A stretch of 63,763 nt of DNA, the filler included, from Collodictyon triciliatum (taxonomy: Eukaryota): assembly GCA_043381765.1 (NCBI GenBank). It is 7 parts of 7 records of this genome, joined end to end, with 100 filler letters (N's around TTAATTAATTAA, not from the genome) between each part and the next. Parts side by side here need not be neighbours in the genome. Positions count along the whole stretch, not along the records: positions 35,061 to 46,196 come from JBHJMP010002364.1; positions 46,297 to 57,864 come from JBHJMP010002365.1; 5 more parts are not named here. The stretch is one strand, 5' to 3'. Numbering within the stretch: position 1 is the stretch's first letter; each line of letters begins with the position of its first letter. Positions 41,349-55,999 of the stretch are shown here, in pieces. The position numbers were made by a program, and so were the translations under genes. The notes under the pieces were generated by a model. The model was not told where the DNA came from, did not search any database, and was given only the letters and a program-made list of their open reading frames with translations.

Positions 41349-44300
41349 TTATGGTTCGGGAAGAGCCCTGCGGCAAGTGGGACATTCATACTTGATGGCC
41401 ATCCACCGCTCTAAGCACAACGGATGGAAGACATGTTCGCAAGGGGTCACCTGGTATCATTTACACCCTTCTGTTTAGTGCACAGGTCGCTCACCAGATG
41501 TACAGCAGTTTTGTAAGTATGTAAGTATGTATGTATGTATGTATGTATGTATGTATGTATGTATGTATGTATGTATGTATGTATGTATGTATGTATGTAT
41601 GTATGTATGTATGTATGAATGTATGAATGTATGAATGTATCGAAAGAGCTATATCCTATTGGAACTGCTGGGCAGCAGAAAATACAGTACCATATACTCG
41701 TTTCGGTCGGGGGACACTGGGGCCATGCAAATAACGCACTCTGACTGCTCGTTCTCTACAAATTCGATTCGTCGATGATAGTCATACTTTTCGGGCAAAA
41801 ACTGCAGAGATAAGCACGAGTGTAAGAATTAAGTAATGCGTGCAGTCTCAGCGAACTATAAAACATGAATATTTGGTATATTGGCAAATGAACTTCAGTT
41901 GAAAAAGAAAGGGTCATATACATGAGAAAATCTAGCATGCGGATGTTTGAAATAAATAAATAAATAAATAATGAAATGGGCTTGGTTAGAATATGAAATT
42001 TTTTTTTACTATTTTCGGGATGCATGCGCGTGGACCAAGGTAGTCTTGAATAAGAAGTATGAATGCTTGGCCAAAGACGTATCTTGTATATATAATATGA
42101 ATGAAAAGAAATAACAAAAAGGGTGTTATCGAATGTAAATAACAGTAACTACAAAAGATAATTTAGTAACGGACTTCTTTTTTTTTTTTACACGAAAAAA
42201 ATTGTCAAGTCGTATCATCGAAACAAATTGACAGAAGAATTATACATTGTTAAAAGCGCAAGGAATGATTGGTCTGGCTCAATTTCCAATATGTTATGAG
42301 GGCATCCAAGGAAATCTAATTCATAAGTTATTTTGAATAGGCAGATGTTATTTGTAAATTTGGGTTTGACGGTTAGCTTCCAACAAAGCTTAAAAGCGGC
42401 AGAAAAATAAAGAAAATCGATCATAAAATAATAAATGGAAGTTGTAGAAATGAATGAAAAATATTTTTAATTACAAAAAGGAATAAAGAGACGTGTGGCT
42501 GAAATTCCGATTATGTAAGACCTATCGATACAAATGTTAAACCATGTGGAAATCCCATGTGCCCGATAAGTTTTGTATCATTCACACAGGTATTCATAAA
42601 TTATATTTCATTAGAAAGTATATATTGAATGATTGTTCATAAATGTAATAGCTCTGTATCAAAAAAAATCTTACGGAAGCAGTGCCCTTCGACTATCTCG
42701 GTGGATATTTGATATGATTTGTGGAATCCAAAATGAATACATGATAAGAATAAACAGGTAAAACATCCCTTGCAACTTGTAGAAGAGAAATATTCCAAGC
42801 ATGAGAAATCCGTCTGTAAGGTTAGTTAGAATAGTGCTACAAGAACTGCAAATACTCAGAAAATAAATGCCGATATAGAAACTTACAAAATCTTATGTAC
42901 AAAAAGCTCAACTCTTGTCTCCAAGATTCAATCCCTTGACTAAATATTTGTGGTCTTCTTGCTTTCCAGATAAACAACAAATAACGCATCTCATATATCG
43001 AAAAGATCACAAACATGAAGAAAGCCACAGTCGAAAATGCATTAAAGAGCGGATCTAGATTGCGCGATCAAATTATATCACTTATCATATATGCAGGTAA
43101 TAAGTGGCAGTATTCTTTGCATAATTAATAAATTCATGATGACTACAGTGAACATATGTAAATGAGATGACCATATATATATGTAAAAAAAAAGAGAGAG
43201 AAACAAACATAGCAACAAAAAACAGATAAAAATTATAGATACAGATACAGATACAGATACAGATACAGATACAGATACAGATACAGATACAGATACAGAT
43301 ACAGATACAGATACAGATACAGATACAGATACAGAGAATCAGACATATAACCAACCAAAGACTATCCCAACTGTGAGATGAATCAAGCACAAGTATGAGT
43401 CGACAATCGCCTGTTGTCCAACGGTGAGCATGGACACCTTGGATGCCCCCTAAAAACTCAGTAAATTAAATAGTTGATACAGCAGTCGACTATATACAAG
43501 TGAAATACTAAGAGAGGACGTTGATTTCATGTTGAAATTATGATGCAAATTTTCGGCTAACTGATGGAGTTGATGAATATTCGAGTTGCTGTAGCAGTAT
43601 CAGAGCTTGAAAGATTGATGTCTACATAATAAATGATATATCGACCATATTTTAGTGATGTATCTGTTAAAATGATTGGAGGTTGAAGTTGATGATGATC
43701 CTTACACCAGTTGCAGCGATAGCATAGTTTATTGCCTTCGTGTAAAAAGTGTCTAATACAATCTGGTCCAGCTTCACAGCAAATTTATACTTGCAAACGT
43801 TGCTGTTCATAACACCACTCAACTTAACTGTATTAAGTACAGAAATACAAAAAACAATTAATAAAACAATAACGATTAGGTATTTTCTAAATCAAATTTG
43901 TTGGTGATATCGTTATACACTCAATATTAAGCATATCGATATTGGTCAGAGGTTTTTTTTTTAAAAAAAATAAAAATAAGAGATTTTTTTTCTGCCATTA
44001 GTTAGAGGACAGGGAGGAAGAAAAAATACCAGAAACAGATTACGCTGAGACATTACTAACTTGCTATTGTATTTGATACACTGGAGGAAAATATTATTTC
44101 GATAGGAAACATACCACGCTCAGACTCATTTAGCTTGTACGCAGAAAGAGTTATGTTATAATAACATCCCGTTTCTGGTTGGGAGTCGAATTGGTTGCGC
44201 ACTATCTCCTCTAATTTTTTTTATAAAAATTAGTATGACAATTTAAGCAGAGAAAGTCCTACTGTAATTTGAATATTTACATGTAATAACGTATCCAATA

Positions 44301-45598
44301 TTCAAATTAGTAATATAACAACATCAACATAAATAATAATATCTTAATTATAATGACATTAATCATTATAATGATAGTAATAGCAGTCTTTGATATTAAT
44401 ATAATGTCAATGGAGGTGAACACACCATAATGCTTCGATATCTTTGGAAATGATTCTTTTAAAGCCCCAGTCGCGTTTGAACTTAAGTCATCATATTCAC
44501 TACTTCCTCCAATTATTGGTCTTGACCAAAATTTACGGTAATAAAGTGGCAAGCAAGTGGTTACAAAAGGATGAATAGAGGAGGAATTAATATTCATACA
44601 CTATTATATCATTTTCCGTTTCAACTTACAAGCCGAGCGGAACAGCATAAATCTGAAGCTTTCCTGATTGGTTCATGTATATGCCATAAATGTAATAGTG
44701 ATACGTATGGTCTGTACTATAAAGTCCATCTCTGATGTTTAGACTTCCCTATGATCGTAAGTATCATTTGATATTACAAGCGATGATAAAATCATGGTAA
44801 TTAGCTTAATCTTACTGCAATAATATTAATAATATCTTATTTCAATAGGGGTATTTTGATTATAGTTAGAAATTTATTTACTAATCAAACAAACGGCTAA
44901 CCTCCACTATATCGACATCATCATAGGATGTTGGTGTATTCAGCAGTTGAAGAACCATAATCCCTGCATTTTGTGTAAACCCATATGCACTATCCCCTTC
45001 AGTGAGAAACCATGGTCCTGTATGAGTTTGACTCGTATGATTAGATTGATATTTTATTCATTCATCCTTTCAGGTTATGCAAGGTTAGATTCACAATTAA
45101 ATATGCTAATAAATCAGTCCTCCTTGCAGTTGTAGTAATATGTGTTGAATCTAAGTTTACGATCTATCATGATATATTATTCATAACTACAATAATAGTG
45201 TTAACCTTCGTATAAATGGGTGATATTCGTTGGAATATGGCCTTTATTGGGGTTGATATCCATTCTCTGTGACAAAGACAAGTATATTGAATCATAAAAA
45301 CGAAGAAAAAGATTAATCATGCAGGATTACTTTTTTTTTTTTTTTTAATGTTTGGATCTATTTATGTACGCTATTCTTAAACAACTTTTAGCTTTATCAT
45401 AAAACCGAGTCTTGGGTAGAGAGAGAGGCAAAGATAATCCATGAAACTAAAGGCACTGTGACTAGAGAAGAAAGGAAGAAATAATAATATCCTCACCGCG
45501 CATGAGGACTTCAGCACTAATTCGAGAAAACACAGGACAAAGAACACCTTCAGGTAGATGGCTATACTCCTTACTGGACTTTTGGACGAAGCGAACAT
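41349..45598 (-). CDS. Transmembrane RING-H2 E3 ubiquitin ligase, Tul1/Dsc1/FLY1-like
   Basis: Signal-peptide-like first exon, IPTNITHLYEG, FMFVIFSIYEMRYLLFIWKARRP, SFWIPQII, FLGCPHNILEIEP, ILQDYLGP, and RING-H2 CVICM..TPCEHVFHPLCLERWMAIKYECPTCRRALPEP stop. Confidence 0.9.
43237..43334. repeat. (CAGATA)n hexamer microsatellite in an intron of the Tul1-like gene
   Basis: Direct tandem array. Confidence 0.95.
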
Positions 45599-46384
45599 TG
45601 CTATACATCATTTACGATTATTTTCAGACGCTGACTTGTGTTGAAAATAAAAATGAATGTGAAAAGCTTTGGTTCTGGTTTAGCGATGCGATGATCTGGC
45701 ATAGAAAACGATGAGTTTTTTTTTTATTTTTTGCTTTCTTGTCTATTTTATCCCCCCTTTTTTTTTTTAGTTTTATTCTTTAATCTCAATTCCTTATTTT
45801 TTTATTCTTTTTCCTTTTCCTTTTTCTGTGTTCTTTTTCTTTTTCTTTTTCTTTTTCTATTATTTTTTCTGATTTGGTTTTTCCTGCCTCTGCTAATCCA
45901 AACAATGTCCTTTTACATAATTCATGCTTCAAGAAAAATTAATAATCAAATTACAAAGCCGAAGGAATATGTATATATACAGTCCGCTCGTGTTATGAAC
46001 GACATCAAAGGGTTCCTGTTGCCTCGTCGTTGTTTATTAAAACGCTGATATCGAGTCCGGAATACTCACACACAGATAAAAATAATAAAGCACAAAGCGA
46101 GGTCACAATCAAAGTTCTTCAATGAGCTTTATTTCGGCACGTACGAAGGCAGTGGAGTTCCCTCCTCAGAGAACTCGTTTTCTACAACCACATATGNNNN
46201 NNNNNNNNNNNNNNNNNNNNNNNNNNNNNNNNNNNNNNNNTTAATTAATTAANNNNNNNNNNNNNNNNNNNNNNNNNNNNNNNNNNNNNNNNNNNNGGAA
46301 GATGAGTTTGATAGTGAGATAAATGAAGTTGATGAAGGAAGAAGAGGTTTGGAGTTTGTTGATATTTCGTTTATGTATGAACAG

Positions 46385-46614
46385 CTTCACAAGACCGACT
46401 TTGATGCACTTATAGAACAGTACCCAAATGTTGGGATTAAAATTCGAGAGGTTATCTATCATTCCTTTTCTAAAATATTTACATCGTACATTATTTTATA
46501 ATTTAGATGATAATGACATAAATTATTCACGCATCCAAGGTTGCTCGAGAGAGAAATATGGAGAGAAGTAGGTCATTGATATTCCAAGCTCAACTTTCCA
46601 GTATTTCCGAGTGA
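46385..46614 (+). CDS. Last two exons of a cyclic-nucleotide-binding-domain protein (channel-type CNBD C-terminal helices)
   Basis: LHKTDFDALIEQYPNVGIKIRE|VARER matches the LxKxDFxxLxxxYP..I...A..R pattern. Canonical intron 46451-46539; stop TGA at 46612-46614. Confidence 0.6.
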
Positions 46615-47775
46615 GTCTATAATTGAAAAACCTCTATGATTTTGAAGTGTTTCTAATTTTTCTCATTTCGATAATCACTGTATTGCAACCATTTTTTAAA
46701 TCAGGGGTGAAGTCTCATTCTCATCGAAGCCCAATCTCAATCCCAAGCTCAACGATAAAACACGAAATATATCCATTTCCAATTTTCAGCACGTTATTTC
46801 AAATTCGAAATAAAACCAATTGGCCTTGTAGAAAATGAATCTTGTGCAAGTGAGCGTTCTCAATCGATGTGAATCACACTAGCAATATTATTACATGAGG
46901 TTATGACATCTTCCCACTCGAAAGAATGATAAGCCCAACGTTAGACGGTCGATTTACATTTTTTACATCGTTTTTATTGGCTATTGTGCTTATTAAATTG
47001 ATTAGGATTCGTGAATAATGTCCCATGAAATCTTGCTCCATTTGTCTATCTCTGCGCATCACTTTATTTCCTTTTCCCTTGCCCATATGTTCTGTTCAAT
47101 TTTTTTATTTTGTGTATTTTTTACCGGAAAATTTGAAGTACCTGCCTGAACTATTAATCGTGTTTGAAAATCGAAAACCATCAATCTCTTTGACAATTGC
47201 AACGTATAAGACTATGCTGTGTTATGTCATTACTTCCTTCATTTGTGAACAAGTCAGAAACTGACCATTCTACACACAAGCAGTTTTTTTAATAGCAGTA
47301 CGCTTCGGATTACCCATGGCAGAGATGATACACTCAACCGCCTGAGGCGAACGAAAAATCGCCACGTCTTGAAGATATCCTACATTCTCAAAGCCATGAT
47401 TTATTTGTGTTATGTTATTTTGATGGATAACGGTTGTCATTTTTACTACCCCTTCCGCTGTTTTATTGCCGCTTGATGTGGCTGCATGGGCGCTCCCAGA
47501 AAGGCCTGTTCAAGTCCGCGTTCGCATGCCTCATTAGAAAGTACCGTACTACCGTTGATGACAACTCTGGAAAATTTGATTTATTTGCCACTCAAGGGCA
47601 ATGACGCGATCCTGTGATCGTCACGCTTCCAGCTGCTCCGGCGTGTGCAATAGAAGCAGGCAAAAGCGATGTACCTGTCTGACTGATCCATCGGAAGCTT
47701 TCCATATTATCTGTCCTCTTTTTTCATTCATTCATTTAAATGTGCTTGTAGCCTTGCGCAAAGGTGCTGAAAACC

Positions 47776-47829
47776 ATGTCGCTGGCACAGGATGAGTCTC
47801 TGGAGTTGCGTACGCCTTTGTCTTTACAT

Positions 47830-47913
<84 letters not shown>

Positions 47914-50900
47914 TATGCGCATATTCCTCTGTTCACAAACTTCTTTTTTCCCTCTTCATTATGTTTTTGAATGAGATATACAAACAGTTTGCACAATATT
48001 TCATAATTTATTTTTTTATGAACACTTGATGTGTGACCACGACCACTTCACCAATACCAGTCTATTGAATGCCTTGGCGGGCAAACTGATGGAAAAAAAA
48101 TAGCGTGCCCTTATTTCTTCTTTTTCTTTTTGTTTTGTGCTGGCATCTCCGACAGTGGATGCGGAGCTAAACGAGCTGCAAAAGAGATTTCGTGCGTTAG
48201 AGGGAGACCGGAAAAACTACATTGAGGAGTCTCGCAACGTTCTTCGGAAACAGCGAATCGCACTTGAAAAGCTCAAGAAAGAGAATGAATACCTCAACGG
48301 AGAGCTTACTAGGGTAATTAACGGAGAAGGCGTTTGATTAGTTTCTTTCTGCTTATCAACACTGACGCCATGTTATTCTCTTTCTTTCATTTCCCCCCTC
48401 CATTCAACAAATTTATTTTGAAGGTTCAAAGTGCAGATTCAGAAACAGCCTCCTCCCAAAATCTAAGCCTTGCTATGACTCAAGTCCAAGAACAAAATCA
48501 TGGTCAGTTCTTACTTCACCCACTATTCCCTTCAAAACTTTTCACATATAACTTTTTAAGCCCAAAACGACCGAATGCAATTACAACTGATTGAGAAAGA
48601 TCAATCGTGACGTTTTTAACCTCACATACATTCCTAAGCTTTGGAAAGACAAATGGAAATTGAAAGAAGGAAAATAGACGACCTCATTAAGATGGAGAAC
48701 ATGATCAAAGAAAATATCATAACCCACAAGCAAGATACTGGTGGAGTCCATGCAGCTAGAGACACAAACTTATTAATTTTGAGACAAGTTAAAAGCATTG
48801 AGAATAAGCTAGATTTTGTAAGATTTGTACTGTTTTTGGGACAAATTGAATCCATGACATTTTGGTGAAAGGAAAAAAGGAACACAATAGATATATTCAT
48901 TTCAATGTTTTTATCTTATGAACCAAACAGGCTCTTCTGCGATTTAATGAAGCGTTGACTTACAATCGCCAGCTTCGAGAGAAAATAGACATGTTACGAA
49001 AGGAGAGAGTATCATTTGAAGGAATATACAAGAAACTTGAGAGGCAACTACTTGAAAAGAAAAAGGAGATGACAGAGCTTCTAGAAACGTCCAATACAGC
49101 ATATGAGCAGAGGTCAATTTCATTATCTCTGTTCTTTCTTTTTCTAGTCTTCCCACACTCCCATATTTCTTTTTAACCGATTATGAACTTGTGATATTTC
49201 AACGAAATATTGCAGAGATGAAGCCCAGGGCAGGATGATTCAGTTGAAAGAAAAGGCTGAAAAAGATATCATTCTTTACGAAGAGGAAATAAAGGAACTG
49301 AATCGTGTAATTGAGCAGGACCGAAAAATGAAAGGTTTCTTCCTTACCTTTTCTCAAACACCACGAGCTGGGGTTTGGTTAAAATTTAACTTCATCAATG
49401 CCAAAGCACTCATTTTTTTCATTTTGTTACAAACAAAAGAATTTATGAAGCAGAAAGAACCATCCGGTAGACTTTCTGTTGAGGAAAGGAAAAAAAGGCG
49501 TCAAAAGGGTATGTCGATAATTTTTTTTTATTAAATCCAACGAAAATTGATTAATTGGTGCTGAACTAGAACCCACTCTTTAGTAGTAAAGGTACTATTT
49601 TTAAAACACTATACGAATACTCAAACATGTTATCTTGAAGGATAAAAAAAAAAAGCTTATTCAAGCTCTACAAACAAATAGATGTATGGGAGTTTGTTAA
49701 TCCAGTGGCCCTGGCTCAATTGGAAAACGAAAGAACAAACAATATCGAAGTCGGAGTTGCCCGAGTTCTTGTATTTTTCAAACACTAAACAAAAATTTTT
49801 GTAACTCATCAGTGGGCCTGACTCTTGATGTTGTCGCAAACATAATTCAATATATTTTTAAAGGCGGCGACGGGGATGGGCGTGGATGAATTCGCTTCGA
49901 AATTCATCAAAACGGAACAATTAAACTTTGACATGTTCAATCAAGTCAGTGAAATCACGGGTGAAATAGAGAGACTTGAGGCTCAGGTATATTAATTATG
50001 TCCTTTACAGTTTCCTAGTTGCAAAATTATTCTTGACCCAAAAAAAAAAAAACAACAACAACAACAAGAATTAAAATACTCTAGTGTATACCAGCTAGTC
50101 TAATATGTCAAGAACTCATAATTGGACAGATTGCCGACACCAGGGCTGAGATTGAAAAGTTCAAGACGCAAGGGAGTGGCTCCGATAACCAGCATAAAAA
50201 GATCATTCAAGACCTCGGTCTGCTCTCATTTTTATATGTCCTCTTATTCTTTGATATCTCTTATCGAGGATCATTCCCGTGCGGCAGTCACTTTCTGAAT
50301 TGCAGCATGCATCCATGTATTTTTAGCTCGTTTCCCCTTTTTTTTCTGAGATTCACTAGACTTATAATTCATGAATAATTACGTATGAATCAGAGGATCG
50401 GTTGCAACGCATGAACTCCCGTGTGGAAAACTATGAGTCTAAGCATCAAGAAGCGTTGGGACTTTCTCCATCATACATGACATGGAAACATTCCATTATG
50501 CTTATTTCTAAAATTGCTATAAACCATTAGGATGGGTGTGATATCCACCATAAAGGCAGAAATCGAGGTCTGCAATCTCCTCAAATAACACATCATTTGA
50601 ATCAAAACTCCTCCGCTCACTATCATTTCCACAAACCAATCTGTTCCAATGCTTAACGTTACTACCATCCCAACAAGAATGCATTCAATCGGCTGGAGTG
50701 CGAACGAATCGCCCCAAGAAGTTTGGTAGAAGCTGGCCTTACCGAAGACAACATCGTTCAATATCTAGGTCAAATATTACTTCTTGACGAAAGCATTTGC
50801 ATGCTTACAAAACCAACGAAAATACCTTGTTTACGGCTCCTTTTAATTTACTTTATTTGTTTATATAGACTTACTTGACACCAAACATTCTAAATATAGG

Positions 50901-51437
50901 TATTGTGGAGCAGAGAGTCAACGAGATTATCCAAACTCACAGCGCGCTTCAGATTCGACCGATGGGCTCGGCGATGATTCCGGCCTCTAACGCGTCTGTC
51001 TCACAGACTCCAATGCCTCTCGCCTCCTCTCGTGTGATTGCACCCACACCGATGCCAGGAAATACTACAACGTGCAACAGCCCTGCATTCTTGAATGTTT
51101 CGGCCAACCTTCCCACAACACACAGCAAATCAGACTCGGAAGAAGACGATGATAGCGAAGATGAAATGCCCATGACAGTGGAGGCCATCAAAGCTAAAAC
51201 GCTTCAGAAGGTTGTCCACCATCCTGTTGCAATCAAAGAAAAATTGCCTTTCATTCTCTGTGCTTATATTGCAATAAAAAATAATTCCAGCTTTAAGGTT
51301 GCTTGCATCCATTCATTTAAAATACCTATGCGACCCAGATTAATAAGCAGGAATCCATCGTTCAAAAGAAACCGAAGTCGAGAAAAGAACCTGGAAATCT
51401 AAACATAAGTGCCAAGAATCGGACAGGAACGTATTGA
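47776..51437 (+). CDS. Outer dynein arm docking complex subunit ODA-DC2 (ODA1/CCDC114/CCDC63 family)
   Basis: ELNELQKRFRALEGDRKNY, GGVHAARD..IENKLD..FNEALTYNRQLREKIDMLRKER..F, SNTAYEQRDEAQ, FIKTEQLNFDMFNQV, NIVQYLGIVEQRVNEII; coiled-coil composition. Confidence 0.88.
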
Positions 51438-53083
51438 AACAATTCCCGTTTTCACACACTATGAACCATCAGCACCCCATTCCTGCTGTTGTACCCTTCA
51501 TTGTACAGCCCGCTCGCTGCATCACCCTCCTGGGCTGCTTTCATTCTCTTCTTCAATTGCCCTTTAACTACTCTCCTAATGTATGTGACATTTGCAACAT
51601 AATGGCAGTTGTGAATTATTCTTTGTCTCAATCTGGCCATGAATCTTCCATAAGCTGTTCGACGAGCCAATCAAACCCATTGCGAGCAGAACTGTTCCTT
51701 CGGTGCGTTGCGCTGATAAAAATATCATTTCAGGCAACAGTTTTTCTTGCCCTCAACACTACTCCACTGTATTTCCCAATCAAAAGTACAGGCAGCCTCA
51801 CTTTTTTGAGAGCTTGCGAATTTGTTGGTGATGGGGATAGCCACATGGATACCACAAATTAATAGGCTCTGAGGCATGGGCCCAGTTAATTGATTTGTAT
51901 GATTCGTGGGTTTATGGATAAACGTTGATTGATTGGTGTCATGATAACAGATTCTCAAACAAAATGAACTCGGCCTGAACTGAAAATCAGCGAGAACCCC
52001 ATCGTTTTTGAGATTTATTTTTTGTTCATGTTGTTCTGGTTGCTAGTCGTCAGAGATTGTGAGATTAAAACAAATGCTTTTATTTTTACCTGATTTTCGC
52101 GAACTCTATCTCCCGCTCTGAATCCTGTGGAAGTCATGGTAAAAGGACACAAGACAAAGCAGCAGTGGAAAGGGAACTGTTCGATCTGCTGCTATTACCG
52201 AGGAGAGAGGTGGTTGGATGGACGGCTCCTAGTTTTTCCGATGATATGAAGAGATGGTCTAAGGAACGATTTGTGGGGGTTGGGATGTGTTATTGTGTGA
52301 GAAACAGTAAGTCTCAATGTTGTCCATAAACTTCAAAACAACAAAAACAAAAAAGAAATCATTTCAATAATTCGATGTGTTAAAATTGAATGCAACAGAG
52401 CAGGTATGTAATGGCATAAACCATATTCAAAAGATGTGTATGAATTACTATTTTCATTTAGTATTTTTCGATTTTTATTTTATTCAAAGAAATCAGTATG
52501 CCGATGAAGCCATAAAATACAACTGTGTTTCTTCAGTGCAATTTTCTTTTGCTATTCATAACCAACCAACTTGATACATCACAGCGATATTCATTACCGC
52601 AAACTTCAGAACTTGTCTTTTCTATTTTATCAAAAAAAAAAAAACTCTGCAAAAGATGAGAAATTTTAATTCAATTACTCTATTTTGCTAGCTATGTCTA
52701 TTTACTATGAAACCGATAGGAGTCCCTGCCGAGCTGGTGACCACGTCTTCCATGGATGGAGTATCTTAATTAATACATATTCCCATACTATAATATCCTC
52801 TTTACTCAAGAGCAACTTTCCGCTCAAACCCGCTTCATGCCTCACAGTTTGTCACCTGCGGTGCCATCACCCCTACCCCCGACTCGGCCGGTAATGCACA
52901 CTCGGCAACAGCTCATCCTCTCCCACATCAATCGTTGCCTCGCTTCGGCTGCCCTTTTGTTGGTGCACGGCAAGGAGCATGAAGTGTTTTATTGAGATGA
53001 ATACCAACGCATGAATGAGATATTTATTGAGGCTTCTGCAACTGATTTTCTTTCTATTTATTTAATTCTTTCTTTCTTTCTTA

Positions 53084-53178
<95 letters not shown>

Positions 53179-53288
53179 TTTAGATATGCACTTATTCATC
53201 ATGAAATTGGTCTGGAAGGCTTTTCAAAATCGTCTTTTCTTCCTTGAAGTTAATATTTGAAGCTGAACCCAGCAATTTGAGTTCTACC

Positions 53289-55800
53289 ATGTCGCGCATG
53301 GGTTCGATCAGCATGTATACACGAGATGCTATGTCTACCACTATAGTTCCCAGTGAGTTTGGCACTCATTTTGACTGGTAGGGTGCCTATCAAGTGGACG
53401 CACTTATGTTTTCATCGATCTTTATTCCTTTTTTATTCTCTTTTCTGAATCTCTTTTTGATTCTGGTACTATCTCATGTGCCTCCTTCAAATGCATACGT
53501 GAATAGAAAAAATTTAATCATCATTCCATTTTCGCTAATTGATATTTTTCAGTAAAAGCAGAAACCAGACAGATAATTGCAGATCAAATGAGCATGACAG
53601 ATTTGGGCAATTATTCTATCAGTTATGGCTAACGAATCCCCAAACGTTACTGCCCTTTCTGGTGATACTGCCATAAATAATACGAAATCTGTGACAACAG
53701 AGACGAGTGCACCAAATCCTTATCGCATTTTCCGAGCTGCTTCCTTTTTGATTTTGTTGACTGTACCCCCCTTGACAGTTATGGTTTCCGGTATAAATAT
53801 GATTTCATCCATTAAAATATTGAATATATACATATTTCACTAAATAAATGTGGTTGTGTTAGCTTGTATCATGATTAATGAACTCCTTTTTTTCATGCTT
53901 TTCCATAGAGTAAGCTATTGCCTAGTTCCGCTCATATGTTTCCAATTATTTTTAAAATTTGATTCAGGCGAATGTTTGTTTACATTTAATCATAAGTATA
54001 TCATGAATTTTCTTGATTATTCCTGCATTTAAAAATGAATAGATTCTATCCGTAGATGCTGATGTGAGTTCATGATTTTACTACACCTACGGGTGTATCT
54101 TATCCAATTTAATCAGCTTTATGATTTTTTGGGAGTACAAACAGATGAAAAAAGAGAGCGGAAATTCCATTTACATCCAGTCTCTTTAAGTGATGCTGAT
54201 GATATCTGCCGTTTTCTTTGATATTCTGTTCAGCATCTCTGTCTTGATTGATATTCAATGATTTGGTATTTATATCATGATATCTCCTCACAATTATGAC
54301 TTTGATTCGGATCGCTTATGAAGAAGATTCATCATAGTTTGCCGTAGTTGTTACATCCCGTGATCTCATTTTAATTTATTTAATTTAATTCACATTGAAA
54401 TTTCAATGTAAGATTGTAGCAGGGATGTGTTACATTCGCCCAGATAACTCAATTCCCAATTTTTGCATCCATATCATATATCTCTCTAATGTCTCTGGAT
54501 TTGGAACTATTTATGTCACCTTACATATAAAATGATTTTATATGTGGTTCCTGCCATGTCAGTGTCAACAAAAATATGTTATTTGAAATTTACATAATGG
54601 TTCATACTATACATGCTCCTTCGGATGGAGCTGTAGTTGACTCATCTCGATTCGTATATACGACATTATTATGCTTCTATTTTTCTAATGGCAATAACAT
54701 CCTTCGTTTATGTTCCAAAACACAACGGCGATGAGCAATTTTATGCGTGTTGGTTTGAAAAAAGTATATTTTGATTTTTCCAGGTTATCTCATATATATA
54801 TATATACTAAATTATTTTTCATTTTTTCGATTCAAAGATTTGTATATTAATATGACATGCACTTGTATAATAGTTTGTTTCCTGCTCACTTATTTTTTGA
54901 CAGATGAACTTACATATATCAATTTTTAGGGGACGGCAGTACCGAGCGATTTAACGAGGAACCTAAAGATGAGGTCATGCGGTTGTTGTTTTTGTCTGTT
55001 CCTTTGATGTTTTACTACTACATCTCTCTGGAAGTTACAGGCTTGGGCCACCATAGGCTTGAGAACTCGAAAACTGACTCACAGTATGTAACTTCGTATG
55101 CAGCTTCCAAAGAACATTATAAATTCCATAATTTCAAAACATGGTACTTCTATATTGAAATTACACCTCTTGGAAAATACCTAGGTTTTGGGCAAGTGTT
55201 AGCCTCTCTATTATTGTATTTTGGTAGAAGAAAATGGTCTGTTTGTTTTTTAGAGTTCGAGGAAAAGAAAATTACATATTCGCAGTTTGTTTGAAAAGTC
55301 TATAAGGCTCCACACAAACCTCAAGGATGTTCTAGGAAATCTTACGAGGCAAACTGTGGTCTTTGGCTAAAATTAACTATTTCAGTTAACAAAATACTAC
55401 AAAAGTTCATAGAAGACCCACCCGTTGATTTCTTGTGTTTCAACAATATGATTATATGAAATCTTAAAAAATCTATTACATGACTATACTTTATTGGATT
55501 GGGCGCAATATACCTCATCTATGATAAGACTGATGATGAAAATATGACAACAGCCAATTACTATGTTGTCCGTTTGTTTGCGCTGAGGGTATCCATCAAA
55601 GGTGATTTTAACTAAGCCAATATGACGGCTCCACATGGACAACTAAAGAACTACACATGTAATACAAGATAGAAAATTCACTTTTGTTGATAAATGTAGC
55701 GTTTCCGAGTTTGATTACGTGGTGGATTAAAATGTCCAAACCCAGTCCAAATAATCCAATCACACTTGAAGAGCTCGCTTTATTGTGTAGGTTTATTTAT
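53289..55800 (+). pseudogene. cAMP-receptor-like (Dictyostelium CAR-type) 7TM GPCR, probably degenerate
   Basis: TM-like exons in GPCR order: FRAASFLILLTVP (TM1), LMISAVFFDILFSISVL (TM2), GCVTFAQITQFPIFASISYISLMSL (TM3), YIRHYYASIFLMAI..YACWFEK (TM4/ECL2), LLFLSVPLMFYYYISL..RL (TM5), FWASV (TM6), AFPSLITWW (TM7). In-frame TAA at 54187 and TGA at 54259. Confidence 0.5.
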
Positions 55801-55999
55801 GTTGTGATTCATTTATTTCCAGAAAAACGTTTCTCTGCTGAAATACTAAGATTATTCTCCATATTGGGTCAATAATTCATATTTAGCTCTCGCAAAGACT
55901 GTGCGGATTGATATTATTAATTCGTGTTGTAGTGCATCCGCGAAACCGCTGAAGTTAGTTTTGCATATTTTTTCTTCTGATTTTTAAATTAATTTTTTT

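Noticed and set aside
51434-52140. Possible small minus-strand spliced gene (MTSTGFRAGDRVRENQ...GFDWLVEQLM)
   Set aside because: No consistent frame or recognisable family could be assembled.
54109-54291. Minus-strand NQDRDAEQNIK resembling a TnpB RDxNAAxNI motif
   Set aside because: No zinc ribbon or other RuvC motifs nearby; it is the antisense of the GPCR TM2 exon.
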